Shown: piece by piece, positions 1 through 18,555 of the stretch
Layout of the letters: the number at the start of each line of letters is the position of its first letter
How positions within the stretch are numbered: the stretch's first letter is position 1
Origin: the human T2T-CHM13v2.0 reference genome, Homo sapiens
DNA: 64,000 nucleotides
Assembly: GCF_009914755.1 (NCBI RefSeq)
Contig: NC_060943.1
Reading direction: 5' to 3' (one strand)
The notes under the pieces: generated by a model
Databases searched by the model: none
What the model saw: the letters and a program-made list of their open reading frames with translations, nothing else
What the model was told of the DNA's origin: nothing
Made by a program: the position numbers and the translations under genes

Positions 1-861
1 TTGAATCTCCAAACGTGGGGGTCTAGGTGGACCGGGCGGGGGTGGGGGGGCGCCCTGAGGGGTGGTCCCTGGGGGTCCCGCCGGTTGTAAGTGCCGTGAA
101 GGAAGGCGGCAGGAGCACCCCCAGGAGCCATCCTGGCGCCCCACCGGGAACCCCAGTCCGATCTCCTTTCTCCAGGCCTAGAAATAAATAGGTTTGTGTC
201 TCAGTGGCCAGGAGACGTGGGGTGGGCGACGGGGGGAGGCCGCAGGCAGGGTTGGAGGCGGGGAGGCCACTGGGGAGATGGAGAGGGAGACCCCTCCCTT
301 AGTAAGTGCCCTGAGGAAGGAGGGTGCGGGTCGGGGGACGGGGGCCCATTTTAACGTCCGCTCAGAGCAGACAGAAATCATTTAAGGTCTTGTCTGAAAG
401 ACTCATAGAAACCAGCGAGGGGAGGAAATTAAAAGCCCACCCCAGTCCCCCCCCAGCGCCCCCACGTCTACCCTCCCCCCAGCCCAGGGCCTCGGATCGG
501 GCCCCAGGCCCCATGCCGGGTGCCCAGGGGGCTGTGCGGGGTCTCGGATTCCTTGTGTCCTACAAAAAACCCCAAACCAAGCCCCGAAACCCAGCGATGG
601 GGTGGTGGGGGGAAGGGGAGCCAGGGAGGGCCGGGGCCCCTGCGGAGGGAGAAAAACGTCAGAAAGGAGGGAAATCTGAGAAAGCGCTACCCTAGATTCT
701 GTGACGCGTCATATATATATATCTGTATATATATATATAGATATAGATATCTGTATATAGATAGATTTTCTTTTTTTGTGTTTTTGGGGGGGTGGTGGGT
801 GATTTTTTTTCTCTCTCTCTGTCTCTCTCTTTCTCGGGTTTCTGTTTTCTCTTTTTGGTTT
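1..861 (-). other. ZBTB7A: ZBTB7A 3'UTR (proximal part; continues beyond window start)
   Basis: Lies directly downstream of the TAA stop at 864-862 on the minus strand. No canonical AATAAA seen on the minus strand here, so the UTR probably continues leftward. Confidence 0.9.
710..765. repeat. (TA)/(TAGA)-rich simple repeat in the ZBTB7A 3'UTR
   Basis: catatatatatatctgtatatatatatatagatatagatatctgtatatagataga. Confidence 0.9.
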
Positions 862-1422
<561 letters not shown>

Positions 1423-1658
1423 TCACGGACACGGCAGGCCCTGGATCATCACCCTTGCAGAACACGGACCGTGCACCAGAGGTTTCGGTGCCCCGATGGG
1501 GACGGTCCCTCGAAAAACGAGACGAGTGGGGGCGATTTCGCATTCTGAACATCTAAAGAGGGCCTCGGACCCTGAGTGCTGTGTGGCCTTGGGAAAACGC
1601 TATGCCTCTCTGAACCCCGTTTCCTTTCCTTTTTTAACTTTTTAAGAGACAAAGTCTA

Positions 1659-2258
1659 GGCCAGGCGCGGAGGCTCAGGCCTGAAATCCCAGCACTTTGG
1701 GAGGCCGAGGCGGGCGGATCACTTGAGGCCAGGAGTTCGAGACCAGCCTGATCGACACGGTGAAACCCTGTCTCTACTAAAAAAACAAAAAACAAAAAAA
1801 CAAAAAACAAAAATCAGCCGGGCATGGTAGCAGGCGCCCGTAATGCCAGCTATTAGGAAGGCTGAGGCAGGAGGATCACTTGTATCTGGGAGGTGGAGGT
1901 TGCAGTGAAACTCCGTCTCAAAAAAAAAAATTTCACTTTTTAAGAGCGAAACTCCGTCTCAAAAAACAAATCTGCCAGGCGTGGTGGCGCAGGCCTATAA
2001 TCCCAGCTACTTGGGAGGTGGAGGTTGCAGTGAGCCCAGATCACGCCACTGCCCTCCAACCTCGGTGACAGAATGAGACTGTCTCCAAAAAAAAAAAAAA
2101 AGAGAGGCAGGGTCTGGCTTTGTCCCCCAGGCTGGAGGGCAGTGGCGTGATCACGGTTCCCTGCAGCCTCGAACTCCTGGGCTCAAGCCATCGTCCTGCC
2201 TCATCCTCCAGAGTAGCACACGCACCACCACACCCTATTAAATAGCTATTAAACTATA

Positions 2259-2328
<70 letters not shown>

Positions 2329-2447
2329 TTGAGAGATGGGGGTTGAGCTACGTTACCCAGGCTAATCTCAAACTCCTGGGCTCAAGTGATCCTCTTGCCT
2401 CGGCCTCTCAAAGCTCTAGGATTACAGGTGTGAGCCACTGCGCCCGC
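1659..2447. mobile_element. Alu cluster (sense Alu plus right-arm fragment, then an antisense Alu split by a microsatellite)
   Basis: GGCCAGGCGCGG...CCCAGCACTTTGGGAGG, A-rich linkers and tails. Antisense arms at ~2104-2235 and ~2330-2447. Confidence 0.9.
2259..2323. repeat. Compound (GT)n(AT)n microsatellite
   Basis: About 9-10 TG units followed by about 23 TA units. Confidence 0.97.
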
Positions 2448-2544
2448 CATGAACCCCTTTCCCTACCACAGAAGGAGACAGTGGGCTTCTGCCACTCCAT
2501 CCTGCCCCTACCCCTGGGGTAGGATGAGGCCAGCCAGTGCCTGG

Positions 2545-2670
2545 TGCCTTCATTCATGCCACAGACCTTTGCCGAGCGCCCGCTGAGGGCCAGGCCCTGT
2601 TCCAGGTGCTGAAAATACCGCAAGGAACAAGACAGGCAAACATCCCTGCCCTCTCGAGGCTGGCGGCGGC
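2545..2670 (-). mobile_element. L2 3'-end fragment
   Basis: tcattcatgcc...gccaggccctgttccaggtgctgaaaatac...aacaagacag...ccctgccctc resembles the L2 3' consensus. Confidence 0.65.
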
Positions 2671-2689
2671 CGAGGTGTTTGGTGACAGA

Positions 2690-2782
2690 TAGGGTGACCA
2701 ACTGTTCTGGTTTTAGCACTGAAAGTCCTGCATCCTGGGAAACCCCTCTGTCCGGGACAAAGTGGGGCAGTTGGTCACCCTA
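2690..2782. mobile_element. MER96-like hAT MITE with perfect 15-bp terminal inverted repeats
   Basis: TAGGGTGACCAACTG (2690-2704) and CAGTTGGTCACCCTA (2768-2782). Internal ttttagcactgaaagtcc is typical of MER96. Degenerate 8-bp TSD gtgacaga/gtaaccaa. Confidence 0.8.
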
Positions 2783-3042
2783 GTAACCAAGTCCCCACCC
2801 CACGACACCCAGGACTGCCCACTCTCCCCTCACTTCAGCGTCACTCCCCTATCTGGGCTCCACCCTGACGTGCAAAGGTGCAAAGCACAAGCTACGCTGG
2901 GGCCTTTGCATGTGCTGCTCCCGCAGTCCGGGGTACTTTCTTTTTTCCTCCTGGATCTTCACAGTCAAATTTGGGCTCAAATGTCACCTCCTTCCCCAGC
3001 CCTGTCTCCATCCTCCTGTCATCACCACCTGACTCTTCTATT

Positions 3043-3519
<477 letters not shown>

Positions 3520-3639
3520 TGATTGGATTGTGAGCCCCGAGAAGGCAGGGGTTGGGTGTGACTTGAGGGCCCCTCCCTGCCTGTCTCGCCCCATGGGGGC
3601 AGCGTGGACCCAGCTTAGCCTGGAGCCTCTAGCCTACAA

Positions 3640-4332
<693 letters not shown>

Positions 4333-6465
4333 TCAAGAGCCCTGGCTAGAACCTGACCTACTCCTTGCTGCTGCCTGTTGTGCCCCACATCTGAGCCACC
4401 TCGGGTTTCTTCCTTCTCACACTCAATAGACTGAAGACTTCTTTAGTGTGGGGACTGGCAAACTCCTACTCATCCCTCAAAGCCCTACCTTGAATGCCCC
4501 TCTACCTTTCCTAATTCCCAAAGACCTGGCTCCCCTCTGGGTTCCTCCAGCCCTAAGTCCCTCCCTCTGGCACCAGCTACAGAGCTGGTGTCCCTAACTT
4601 TAACCCCTCCTTGGCTCTGTTGCCCTGAGGGTCAAGGCCTGGCCCTTGGCAACCAGACCCCTACCTTATCTCTAGCCTTGCTGCCCCACTGAAGCCAACA
4701 GAACGTGGTAACTTGCTAACAGAACCCTGGCCTAACCAGGTCTGTTACCAGCCTCCAGGCCTCTGGTTTACTGATCACCTTCTGCAAAGCCCACGGCAAG
4801 GTCTCCGGGCTGCCTTGCCCAGATCTGGCACAGGGCCGGGGTCACAGAGGGGATGGCAGCCACTAGGTTTTTCTAGAACCGTGCAGAGACTCCCCAGATG
4901 AGCCTGGGAGGCCCAGAGAGAGGAAGGGACTTGCCTGGAGCTGCACAGCAGGCCAGAGGGCCACGCAGAGGCGGGGTGGGGGCGGAGGTATCCCTAGTTT
5001 CATCACCCCGAGCCCCAGCCTGGGTAATTATAGCCCCGGCCACCACAGGCCCCACTTACTCAACGCCCTGCTGTGACTCAGAGGGGCCTCGGGCTCCCAG
5101 GCTTTTGGAGGGTGGAGGTGCTGGTGTCCTGGGGAGGGGGGACCAGAGCACGGGGTGGGGGAAAAGAGGAAGCAGGTGGGTCTAAATTGGGGTGGGAGGA
5201 AGAGGTCTCCACAATTGTCCCTCTCTAAGCCTCAGTTTCTCTGACTGAGGGGATCAGCCCCGGGTCGGGTGGGATAGCCAGCAGTGCCCGAGTCAGAATG
5301 AAACCGGGCCTGTGGCCTGCGGCCAGGGAGGCAGGGTGGGGGTCACCACCTTCGCTCAGCCTGGTCCCCTCTGCAGACCCCAGTTCTCTGCACCCCACCA
5401 AGCTGCTCTTCCTGAGCTCAGAGACGAACCCACAGTGACCCCTGCCTGGAGGAAGAGGAGCCCCCCAAGACCTCCAGTACCCCAACCTCACCAAGGAGGG
5501 ACAAACCACCAGCTACACTGCCTGCCTCCCAAAGTGCCCTTTGCCCCCTGCCTGGCACTCCTGGGCGCCGGAGTCCAGGCCGCACCTTCCTCTCCTGGCC
5601 TGCTGGGGAGGGGGCCGGGGTGCTGGGGAGGGGTCAGTCCCAGTTCCTGTCCCCACGGGGTGGGGTTGGGAAGCTGGGACAATGGCCTCTTTCTTCAGCC
5701 TCGGTGGGCGTGGCTGGGGGAACCCCAGGGCGGGCGGGGGGCAGGGGGTGGTGCTGAGTCACCCAGCCTGGCCAGGTCCCTGCCTGCCAGCCCCCTGCCC
5801 CCACCGCTACAGCCCGCCCCGGATCTACGAGGCCCAGCCAGCCACCTCTGGACTCCTGAGACCGAATTGCAAACTGCCCGGGCCTGGCCTTGAACTCCTG
5901 CTGTTTAGGGACCAAGTCCTGTGGCTCCCAGGGGGGCACAGTGATCTCTCAAGCTGAGCTGGCCTCAGGGCCTCTGCACTGGCTGTTCCCTCTGCCTGGA
6001 ACGCCCTTTCCCACAGCTGCTCCTCCCCTCCTTCAGGTTCCGGCAAGGCCTGTCCCCGGCGCCTAGAACAGGCCTGGCACCAGCAGACGCTTCATAAATG
6101 TTGGCTGATTGAAGCAAATGACCCAGGCTCACGGGAAACTCAGAAGCCGCTCCACGGCCTGGGCTGTCCCTCCCTAAGCCTGAGGGCCTGTCACCCTCTC
6201 CCAAAGCAGAAAAAGAAAAAAATCCAAAAGTGCAGAAGAGAAGAACCAGCCCTCCAGGAAGGAAGAACGACTGTGCCTTCCCGCCCACCTCCCGCAGCTC
6301 AACCCTGTCCGGCACGCTTTGCATATGATGTGGCTGTCATCTTATGTCTGGCCTGTGCTGTCACCCACCGGGATGTCCACCCACAAGGGCAGGGCCTGGT
6401 CTAGGCTGTTCTTAACAGCCACGTGGGTCAGGGAAGCGTTCGTTGGCTTTGGGCCCAAGAGGTGG

Positions 6466-6995
6466 GGTGTGTCTGTTTGCGTGTGTGTGCATATATGTGT
6501 GTCTGTGGGTGCATGTTTGCATGCATGTGCATGTATGTGTGCGCATGTACGTGTCTGTGTGCATGTGCCTGCATGCATGTCTGGGGGTGCGTGTGCATCT
6601 GTGTGCGTGCCTGGGTGTGCGTGTGTGCGTGCGTGCGTGCGTGCATGTGTATGTGATGTGTATGTGGTGTGCGTGTGTGTGCGCGCATGTCGGTGTGCGT
6701 GTGTGTGCGTGCATGTGTATGTGATGTGTATGTGGTGTGCATCTGTGTCTGCATGTGTCTGTGTAGCATGTCTGTATGTGTATGTGGTGTGCGTGTGCGT
6801 GTGTGCGTCTGTGTGTGTGCATGTGTACGTGGCATACGCGTCTGTGCATGTGTGTGCATGTGCGTATATATGTGCAAGTGCGTGTATGTGTGTCTGCGTG
6901 TGTGTGGATGTGTAGGTGACGTGCATGTGTCTGTGCGTGTACGTGTCTGTGTGCACGTGCGTGTATGTGTGCGTCTGCGTGCATGTGTGCGTGCG
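6466..6995. repeat. Degenerate (GT/GC/AT)n alternating purine-pyrimidine tract (CA-rich on the ZBTB7A pre-mRNA)
   Basis: About 530 bp of gtgtgtgcatgtgtgcgt variants, starting about 90 nt into intron 2. Confidence 0.95.
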
Positions 6996-7081
6996 GTGCA
7001 GGGAGAGAGGCGGGAGGGGTCGTGAGCGGCGGATGCTGGGGCAGAGAGCAGGACGGCGCCTCCCCCGCGGCGGGCAGCTCA

Positions 7082-9440
<2,359 letters not shown>

Positions 9441-9556
9441 CATCAGCGTGAGATGAGGCCGGCAAAACCCACACTGGACGCTTAAATTTCACAAGCACAC
9501 TGGCACCACCCCTCCGAGGAGGGCCCCCGGGAATGCCTGTTGAAAGGGCACTTTGA

Positions 9557-10930
<1,374 letters not shown>

Positions 10931-13900
10931 ACCTACTTCCCGCCAGTTCCACCCGAACCCCACCGGCAGCACCCACTCCGTCGTGAGCTGAGGCCACTTG
11001 CCCGAGGCCCCACCATGAGGACACAGTTGCGTCCAAACTCAAACCCAGAGTGGACCTAAGAGCCGACCCCTTGGCCTCCCCAACCCTGACTCCTGCCTCC
11101 TGGTCAGGCCTGGTTCTTTTCAGGGGGGCTCTGAGTCAGCAGGAAGGGGTGTGGCAGCCCAGGCACGGGGACCCAGTGCCGAAACCCAGCTGAGGTCAAG
11201 GCCACCGTGGGTGTGCCCCGTCCGGACAGGGCCAGTGACTCCGCAGGCTAAACCCCTTCCTGCCCCTCAGAGCCCCCAGCATAGGGCTCAGCCCTGGCTG
11301 TGAGTAACAGAGACCGGGCTACAGCCCAGGAGGAGCAGGGAGCCGGGGGAACCCCTGTCCACCTCCTGCCTGCCCACAGGACTGCCTGGCAGCCCCTCCC
11401 CAACTCTCAGCCACCCCAGCTGAGCTGTTCAGCCCCAGCCAAGGCCTTGGCCCTCTCTGGGCCTCAGTCTCCCTATCTGTCAAATGGGCAGAGGTTTCGG
11501 GCAGCGCCGGGCCCTGGGGGGACTGTGTCTGTCCCACCCCTTTCTCCCCCTCCCTTTTTTCCCGCCTTCCCCTCGGCTGTGACTCATCCACCCACTCGGA
11601 GCTTGTGCAACCCTCTGGCCCCTGTCCCCACCCCTCCGCCCTCTCCTGGGAGCCCCTGGCGGCCCCGAGTCACCCAGCACAGCTCACATTCCTCCAGGCC
11701 GGCCGGTGGCTCTCGGGCCAGAGCCCCTGGGCAAGGCCCCTGGGGAGAGGGCCTGAGCTGGGCCTTTCATGGCCTCCTCCGAAGGCCTCCTCCGGGCCAC
11801 CAGACCCTCCTGTCCCCCAGCCCAGCAGCTCAGGCAGGCTCTGACGCCGACGGGCTTGAGCCAGGCCCCACAAGGGAGGCATGGTGTCGGTCCAGCCGGA
11901 CCCAAAGCCCAGGGCCCTCAGCGCGGGGCCTGAGCTGCCAGGCGACACAGAGGCCTTTGTGAGCTTGCTCAGTGCCACCACGCTCCCCAGGCCCCTCCAC
12001 CCGCCTTCCTTCCCTCCTTCCAGCCTCGGCCCAGGGCCCAGCTGCTCAGCACCCCCGTCTACTCTAAGGCCTGTGGTGGGGCGGTGGGCTCAGATGTGGC
12101 TGCTGGGAGCAGGGAGGGTAGGAGGGGAGCGACCCCACCCAAGGCTCGGCCCTGGGAAGCCTCCGAGGAGTCCCCTTTGGTGGTGTCCACCCCCTGCCAC
12201 CATCTGCCGTCTGGCCCTGGGCCGCGGGGAGCGTGTGAGCAGATGGAGCTCCGGATCAGACGGGCCCGGGCCCTCCTACCCACCCCAGCATGGGGGGAGA
12301 CCTCTGACCCAGGCCACCAACGCCCCAAGATGGCTATCCCTGGCCTGCTGGGCCGTTCCTCCCCTCGGGTGACCAGGGTCCCCGCTCTGGAGTGGCTGGG
12401 AGGTGTCTTTCCTGGGGCCTGGAGGATGGGCCCAAAATAATCCAGGTGGCTCAGCGACCTCCTGCAGGTCCCCGCCAGTGTGAAGATCCCAGTTCCAGGT
12501 TGGGTCCGGGGGTCCCAGTCTCTGCCCTCTCCAGCCTGGGACCCTCTCTTGGGCCCCTGTTCCCCCCTAAATATCACTGAGGCCCTCCCTCAAAGCAGCG
12601 AGGCCCGGGGTGATGTCAGCCAAGGAAAGCCCCCGTGAGAGGACTGTGGCCGCGTTTTACAGATGAGAATGCCGGGGCCCAGAGAGGGCTGCAGTCCTGG
12701 CCTAAGGATGCCCGGCAGGGCTGACTCCCAGGGGCTGGGGGCCAGGAAATGATGGAGGGGCCGGTCCCCCCACCCACCCAGGGCAAGGCCCTGCCCTCGC
12801 CCTGGAAACTAAACTCGCTCTGAGACAACTGACCCACGCCCTCACTCCAGGAACACAAGCCACCTGCCGGCCACGCCCTGCGCCAATGCCCCCACCTAGG
12901 CCTCCTGGAGGCCTCCCCTAAGGAAAGGGCCGAAGACCCTGCCTCCGAGGTGGGAGAGGGGAGGCCGGGCCCAGCCAGAGCACCCCCGGCGGGGGCCACA
13001 AAGTCTTGGCAATAAAAAGTCCCCGAGTGCTGAAGCCCCACTGTGCGCCCGACACACGGTACACGCCTCCGGAGGTGGCGGTTTCGTTCCCCTCCTCCAG
13101 GAAGCCCCGGCCCCACGCCAGCCAGGTCCCCACCCCTGCCGGCCAGGGTCCCCTGGGCTCGGCCCACACCCACCCGGGGCCCCATCTTTCATCACAGCTC
13201 CTCCCCCGCGCTGGCCTCCGTGGGATTTCCGGGGCTGCTTGGTGCTGACTCGGCGGCCGAGGGGCAGGCCCTGGCAGGCCCCTCCTGGGCTGGAGGTGGG
13301 GCGCCCTCCTCCCCCCGGGCCACTCCCAGGCCCCTAAGCCCAACCCTCCCAGGGTGGCGCATAGTAGGGGCGCAGCAAACCGCCGGATAAACCAGAGACA
13401 GCCCACGCCCCGGCCCACCCAGCTGGCTGCCAGGCATACCCAGAAGCAGGGGGCTGTGCAGCCTGCCGGTCCCACCTCCCATCTAACCTAAGGGTCACTT
13501 GCTGTAGTGTTTGTCGAGAGCCACGGCACCCGGGCCGCATTTCGGCCCCCTCTGTGCTCCCAAACTAACTGGGCACCTTCACTTCGTCTTCCCCAGGTCC
13601 CTGAGAGGCTCAGAGAGGTGAGGCGGCCCAGTCGAGGTCACACAGCAGCCCTCTGATCTGGGCAGCTGCCACTTCCCAGCTGCGGGGGATGTGTCGTGAG
13701 CTCGGAAGCACCCTGACGTGGCTCAGGGAGCAGCAGATGTCGCCTAGGAAGGACCCCGGCATCCCAAGAAGGGCACCCCAGCACGGGGAGCATCAGGAAC
13801 TGAGGCCTGGAGGTGGGCGACCGGGGAAGGGGGACCGGCAGAGAGGAGGCTGCATCGCTAGTGCAGGGTGTGGGAGCCAGGGGCCTCCCCAAGGTCACAC

Positions 13901-16900
13901 GACAAGGTGAGGGCTGGGCAGGTAACTGCCACCCGCCACCTTCCCGAAGGTCACTTCCTGGAGCAGGGGGCCGTCTAATGAGGGGATCAGGGCCCCCACC
14001 CAACCCTCTGCCCAGGGAGAGCAGGGAAGGAGGCCAAAGGGACCTCTCACCCCTCATGTGCTGTGCAGAGCAGCTCGGGTTCAAGCCTCGGCTCCCCCAC
14101 CTCCAAGCTGTGTGACCTTGGGCAAGATGCGAGACCTCTCTGAGCCTCTGTCTCCTGGGGGATGGGGGTCGTAACAGTGGAAAGGGGCCCCCCACTGTGG
14201 TCAGGGTCCCGCTCACATCCATTCAGCAAACTTAGCCCAGGGACCTAATGTGCGCCAGAGCCAGTCCCCAAAACACATTGCCAGGCTGTTCACCACCCCT
14301 CACGGATGGGAACTTTGCTCCTGAATGCTATTCCGGGAATTCAGTCCCCTCCTCACCTACCAAGGGAGTGAGTGGTGGGGCCTGAGGAGGAAGCTGGAAG
14401 GGGAGATCAGGCCCAGAGAGGGTGGGCGGCCGGCCCAAGGTCACACTGTAAGCCTGGTGTGCAGGTGCGGCTGCCAGGCCCGCACCCGGCAGCCCCCGCC
14501 CCCTCCCCGCCCAGCGGCCTGTGTTGCAAGGTTGGTCCCGACGGGTAACCCCGCCCTGACCTGGTGCCAAGCCCCGCCTGGCCCAGTCCTCGGCCTGGGT
14601 TTAATGGGACAGGAATGCAGTGTCCCGATCGGGGGGCACCAACGGCCTGGGGTGGCTGCCAGCTGCCAGCCCGCCCCCTGCCCGCCTGCCCTCGCCCGCA
14701 GGCCTCCCTCTGGGCCAGACATGGAGCAAACAGGCCCTCGGCCATTTTACGTGTCCATTTATTGCCCTAAATGGGGAGGGGCTTCCTGCCTGGGCCTTAA
14801 AGGGCCAGAGGCAGGAAGGCCGTGGGGACCCAGTGGGAAGTGTGACAGCGGGGATGGGGGCAGCGATGAGGAGGCCAGGGGGATCCCATCTGACGCCCAA
14901 CTCATGGGTGGGACTGAGGCCCACCCTGTTCCCACACTCTGAGATGTCATGGGCCAGGAAGCCCAGACTACAGCCCGAGCCCAGGTTCCAAGAGGAAGCT
15001 TCATGACGACAGTGGAGGGGCTGAGCTTCCCGTCACTGGGGGCAAGCAAGGCCAGACTCTCGGAAGCCCATCCTTGTCCACCCTGCCATCAGCCCAGGCT
15101 GCACCTGCTTAGCTGAGATGCCTGTGAGAGGCCGAGGTGACCTCTCTCTCCCTCCCCTGAGGGAGGCCTGCTTGTCACCTGGAGATACCTGCCCCACCCC
15201 CACTCTCGCCTGAGCAGGTGGAAGGCTCAGCCTGGGAGCCTGGCGGCCTGCAGAATCCGGCCAGATCCTTCTCTCAGGCATCCTGATAGGTGGGATGGGC
15301 CTTGTTTTCCAGTCAAACCAGAAAGGCGTGGGTGGCGACACTTCCACCGAGTGGCCGTCCACAGCCTGCTGGGGGGACAGATGGAGGGGCTGGTCCTTTG
15401 GCCACGCTCCTCCCGAGCGCCGGATTCTCTGAGGGGCGCCTTCTGCGCTTTGGGGCTCTGGACTCGGCGCTCGGGGCCCAAGGGCCAGAGCCGCTCCTCG
15501 GAGCAGCTGGGGGAGGCTGGGCCTTGATAATCGCCCCAGAGACCCACGGTACGTGACGGCACCCACAGCGCTGGAAGGCAGGATCTGTGTCTGTGCCCCA
15601 TTTTGCAAACGGGGAACGGGATCAGAGAGGGGGAGCAGCTTGGCCAGGGTCGCGCAGCAGAACTGGAATTTGAGCACGGGCCGTCTGTCTGGCTCTGGCC
15701 TGCCTAACTAGTCCTCCCACGGCTCCTTCCATCCCCTTTCCTGGCCCCCGGATACCAGCAGGAGATGAAATCCCCCTACCCTGGGGGCTGAGAGGAAGGA
15801 CGGCTTATCCTCATACCCTCAGAGCTGCCTTGCAAGGGAGCTCTCACACAGGAGCCTGGGGCAGGGCTGGAGTCCAGCTGACATGGGTGGCTCAGGGAGG
15901 GGCCTCTGCCCCTCCAGCTCTCAAGACAGCTCCGCAGGGGCCTGACACAGTGCACAGTAGTCGCTCAACAAGCATTCCCAATGAGCCGCTGAGCGAACCC
16001 TCGAGACAACACTCTAGGGCTGATGACCATCTCCCCACTGTCTGGATGGGAAGACTGAGGCTGGCAGAGGGGGAGTGACTGCTGGGGTGGACCCAAGGGC
16101 TGGGCTAGGACTGGACCATGCTCACCCCCACCCAAGGCTCACCCCCACCCAAGCTCGTTCCTCTTGTCCTTGTTGCCCAGGGCTACTGCAGGGCAGTTTA
16201 TGGTCTGGCAGGTGACAGGTGGGGGTGCAGGTGTCTCACGCAGTTCTGACCCACACCCCACACTCAGGTCTCTGCCATGCCCTGAGCTGACCTGGGAGTT
16301 TCCGCCGCGGAGGAGAAAAGACACCACGGGTGGCTTTGCAGGCAGCAGCTGGGGGACCCTCCACAGCCCCAGGAACACAGCGCGCCCCGGCTGCAGGGGT
16401 CACGGGGCTCATCCAAGGTCGCAGAGCAAGCGTGCCAGCATTCCAACCCTTGAGGAGCCCTCCTTGGAGCATCTGGGCTGCAGTGGGCTGGCTCTGGGGA
16501 GGTGACCTCGGTCTCCTCTGGTCATAAAACCCAGAGCCCTGCCCGCCTCTGAGGACCAAGGTGAGACGAGTTTGTGGCTCGGCAGGATTGCAGAGGGGCC
16601 TCGTATGCACGTGCGCCAGCCAGGGCCTGCCCGGTGAGGCAGGGAGGCGAGAGGGCTGTGGCTCGTGCTGTGTGACCTTGGGAGCCATGCTGGCCCTCTC
16701 TGAGCCTCAATGTCATCTTCGGACACAGGGTTTAATAAGCCTCGGTGACACTCCATTTGCAGGCAGGTGCCTGCAGTTGAGCCTCTACTGCCAACCTCCG
16801 GCCCTGCTTAAAGACAGGTGGGCAGGCGCCCCTGGGCCACCACACAGTGGGAGGGGACTTTGGACAGGCCCCGAGCTGGAAGGATGGAGCACAGGGGGCA

Positions 16901-18555
16901 GCTCTGACCCCACCTGAGTGACCTTGGGCCGCTCTCTGCTTCCCCCTACGCTTCAGTCTCCCCTGCCTAGTACCGGCACCTGCTCCGAGGCTTGCTCTAA
17001 CCTCCGGAGTTTCCAGGCTCACATTTGACCTCCCCTCCCGGCCTTGGTTTCCTCCTCATATGGCAACGGGGATCTGCCACCAGGTGGACCCAGCTATAGG
17101 TCAGAGGGACTCAAGGAAAGAAAAGGAAAAAACAAACAAACAAACAAACACCCAGCAGGGATTTGTGATCGCCCCAGGAACCTTTCCGACCAGGCCCCAG
17201 GCTGGGCTCTGCCTCGGCCGCGCCTCAGTCTCCCGCACAGAGCAAAGGACCCATCCACTGCCTGCGGCCGCCCGCGGGCCTCTGCCGATGCGTGGCTGCC
17301 CGCCCGGGCCCAGGTGCTGACTGGCCGCCACGCAGCCAATCGGAACTGAATAATAAATACCCCCCGGACTGACCCACGAATTAAAATTTCAGTGTCCCGG
17401 TTGGCTCTTCTTTCCTTCCTTAGACTTCGCTTTTCCAGCGGCCGGCTCCTGCCCCCCCTTCTCCCCCAAGCTCTGTCTCCACAGCGATGGCTGGTGGTAA
17501 ACAGAGGCCCCGGCCCCGCCGATAGGTGCTCTCGGGGCCCCATGGGGGGTGGCCCTCGCGGACAAACGCCCCCGGCCTGAAGCCCTCAGGCCCTGGCAGC
17601 AGCAGGGCTGGGCTTAGGCCTGGCCTGGCCTGGGCCCCTGCCCCAGCCTGGCCTCCCCGGGACCTCTCCCAGACCAGTTTGCCAATAGGAAGTGATCGGC
17701 CGGTGGTGGGGAGGCACCCCCAGTGTGGGAGCGGCACGCTCAGGGTTACGCCCTGGTCCAGTTCTGAGGTTGGGGCGGGGGGCACTGACACGGAATCCCG
17801 ACGCCCTCTCCGGAGGCAGCTGGCAGGGAGGTGGGGGGGCCCACCGAGCCCGCCACCCATGGGTGAGCCAGGTGGGTGCCGCGGGTGGCAGGGGCACCAG
17901 CACCTCTGTGACTTCCGCCGCCTGACTGGGGGGAGAGGAGTTGCTGCCTCCCCCCGCCTCGCCGCCAACTCCTGGCTGCATTCCGCCAACATTTAGTGGG
18001 CGCCGACTGGGTGTCCGGGCCCGGGTGGACAGCAACCTCCCGCCGCGGCCCACCGTGCGCCCCCGCCAGCCAGCCCGGGCAGCGCCTCCCAGAACCCGCA
18101 GAGGCCCGGTCCCTGGGGGGGCACCCGCTCCTCCGCTCCGCTCAGCCCCCAGCCAGGCTCCCAGGCCGGGGGGGCTGGGTCTCCCGCCCGGGAGGTAGGG
18201 AGCGGGAGGGAGGGGGCTGGATCCCACCAGCTCCCCCCTCCCCTGCCCGGGCTCAGGCTTCGCACGTGGTGGTGGCGTCAAGGGAAAGGAGGGGGGGTCC
18301 GGGCCAGAGGAGACGGGGTCACGCGCTTTGGGGGCGCGGACGGCGGGGACTGGGGTGCTCTCTCCGCCCCCTCCCGCGGGTCGGAGCCGGACGGCCGTCC
18401 GGGCAGGGCGAGGGGCCAGGCCAGGCCCCCCACCCGGGGCTGAGTCAGGCCCGGGCGGGGGCAGGAAGCGGCCCCCTCCCCCGCCCCGGCCGCAGCGCGC
18501 GGCCCCCGCCCGGCCCGCGGTCCCCCGCCGCCTCGCCCGCGCGGGGGGCTCCTAC

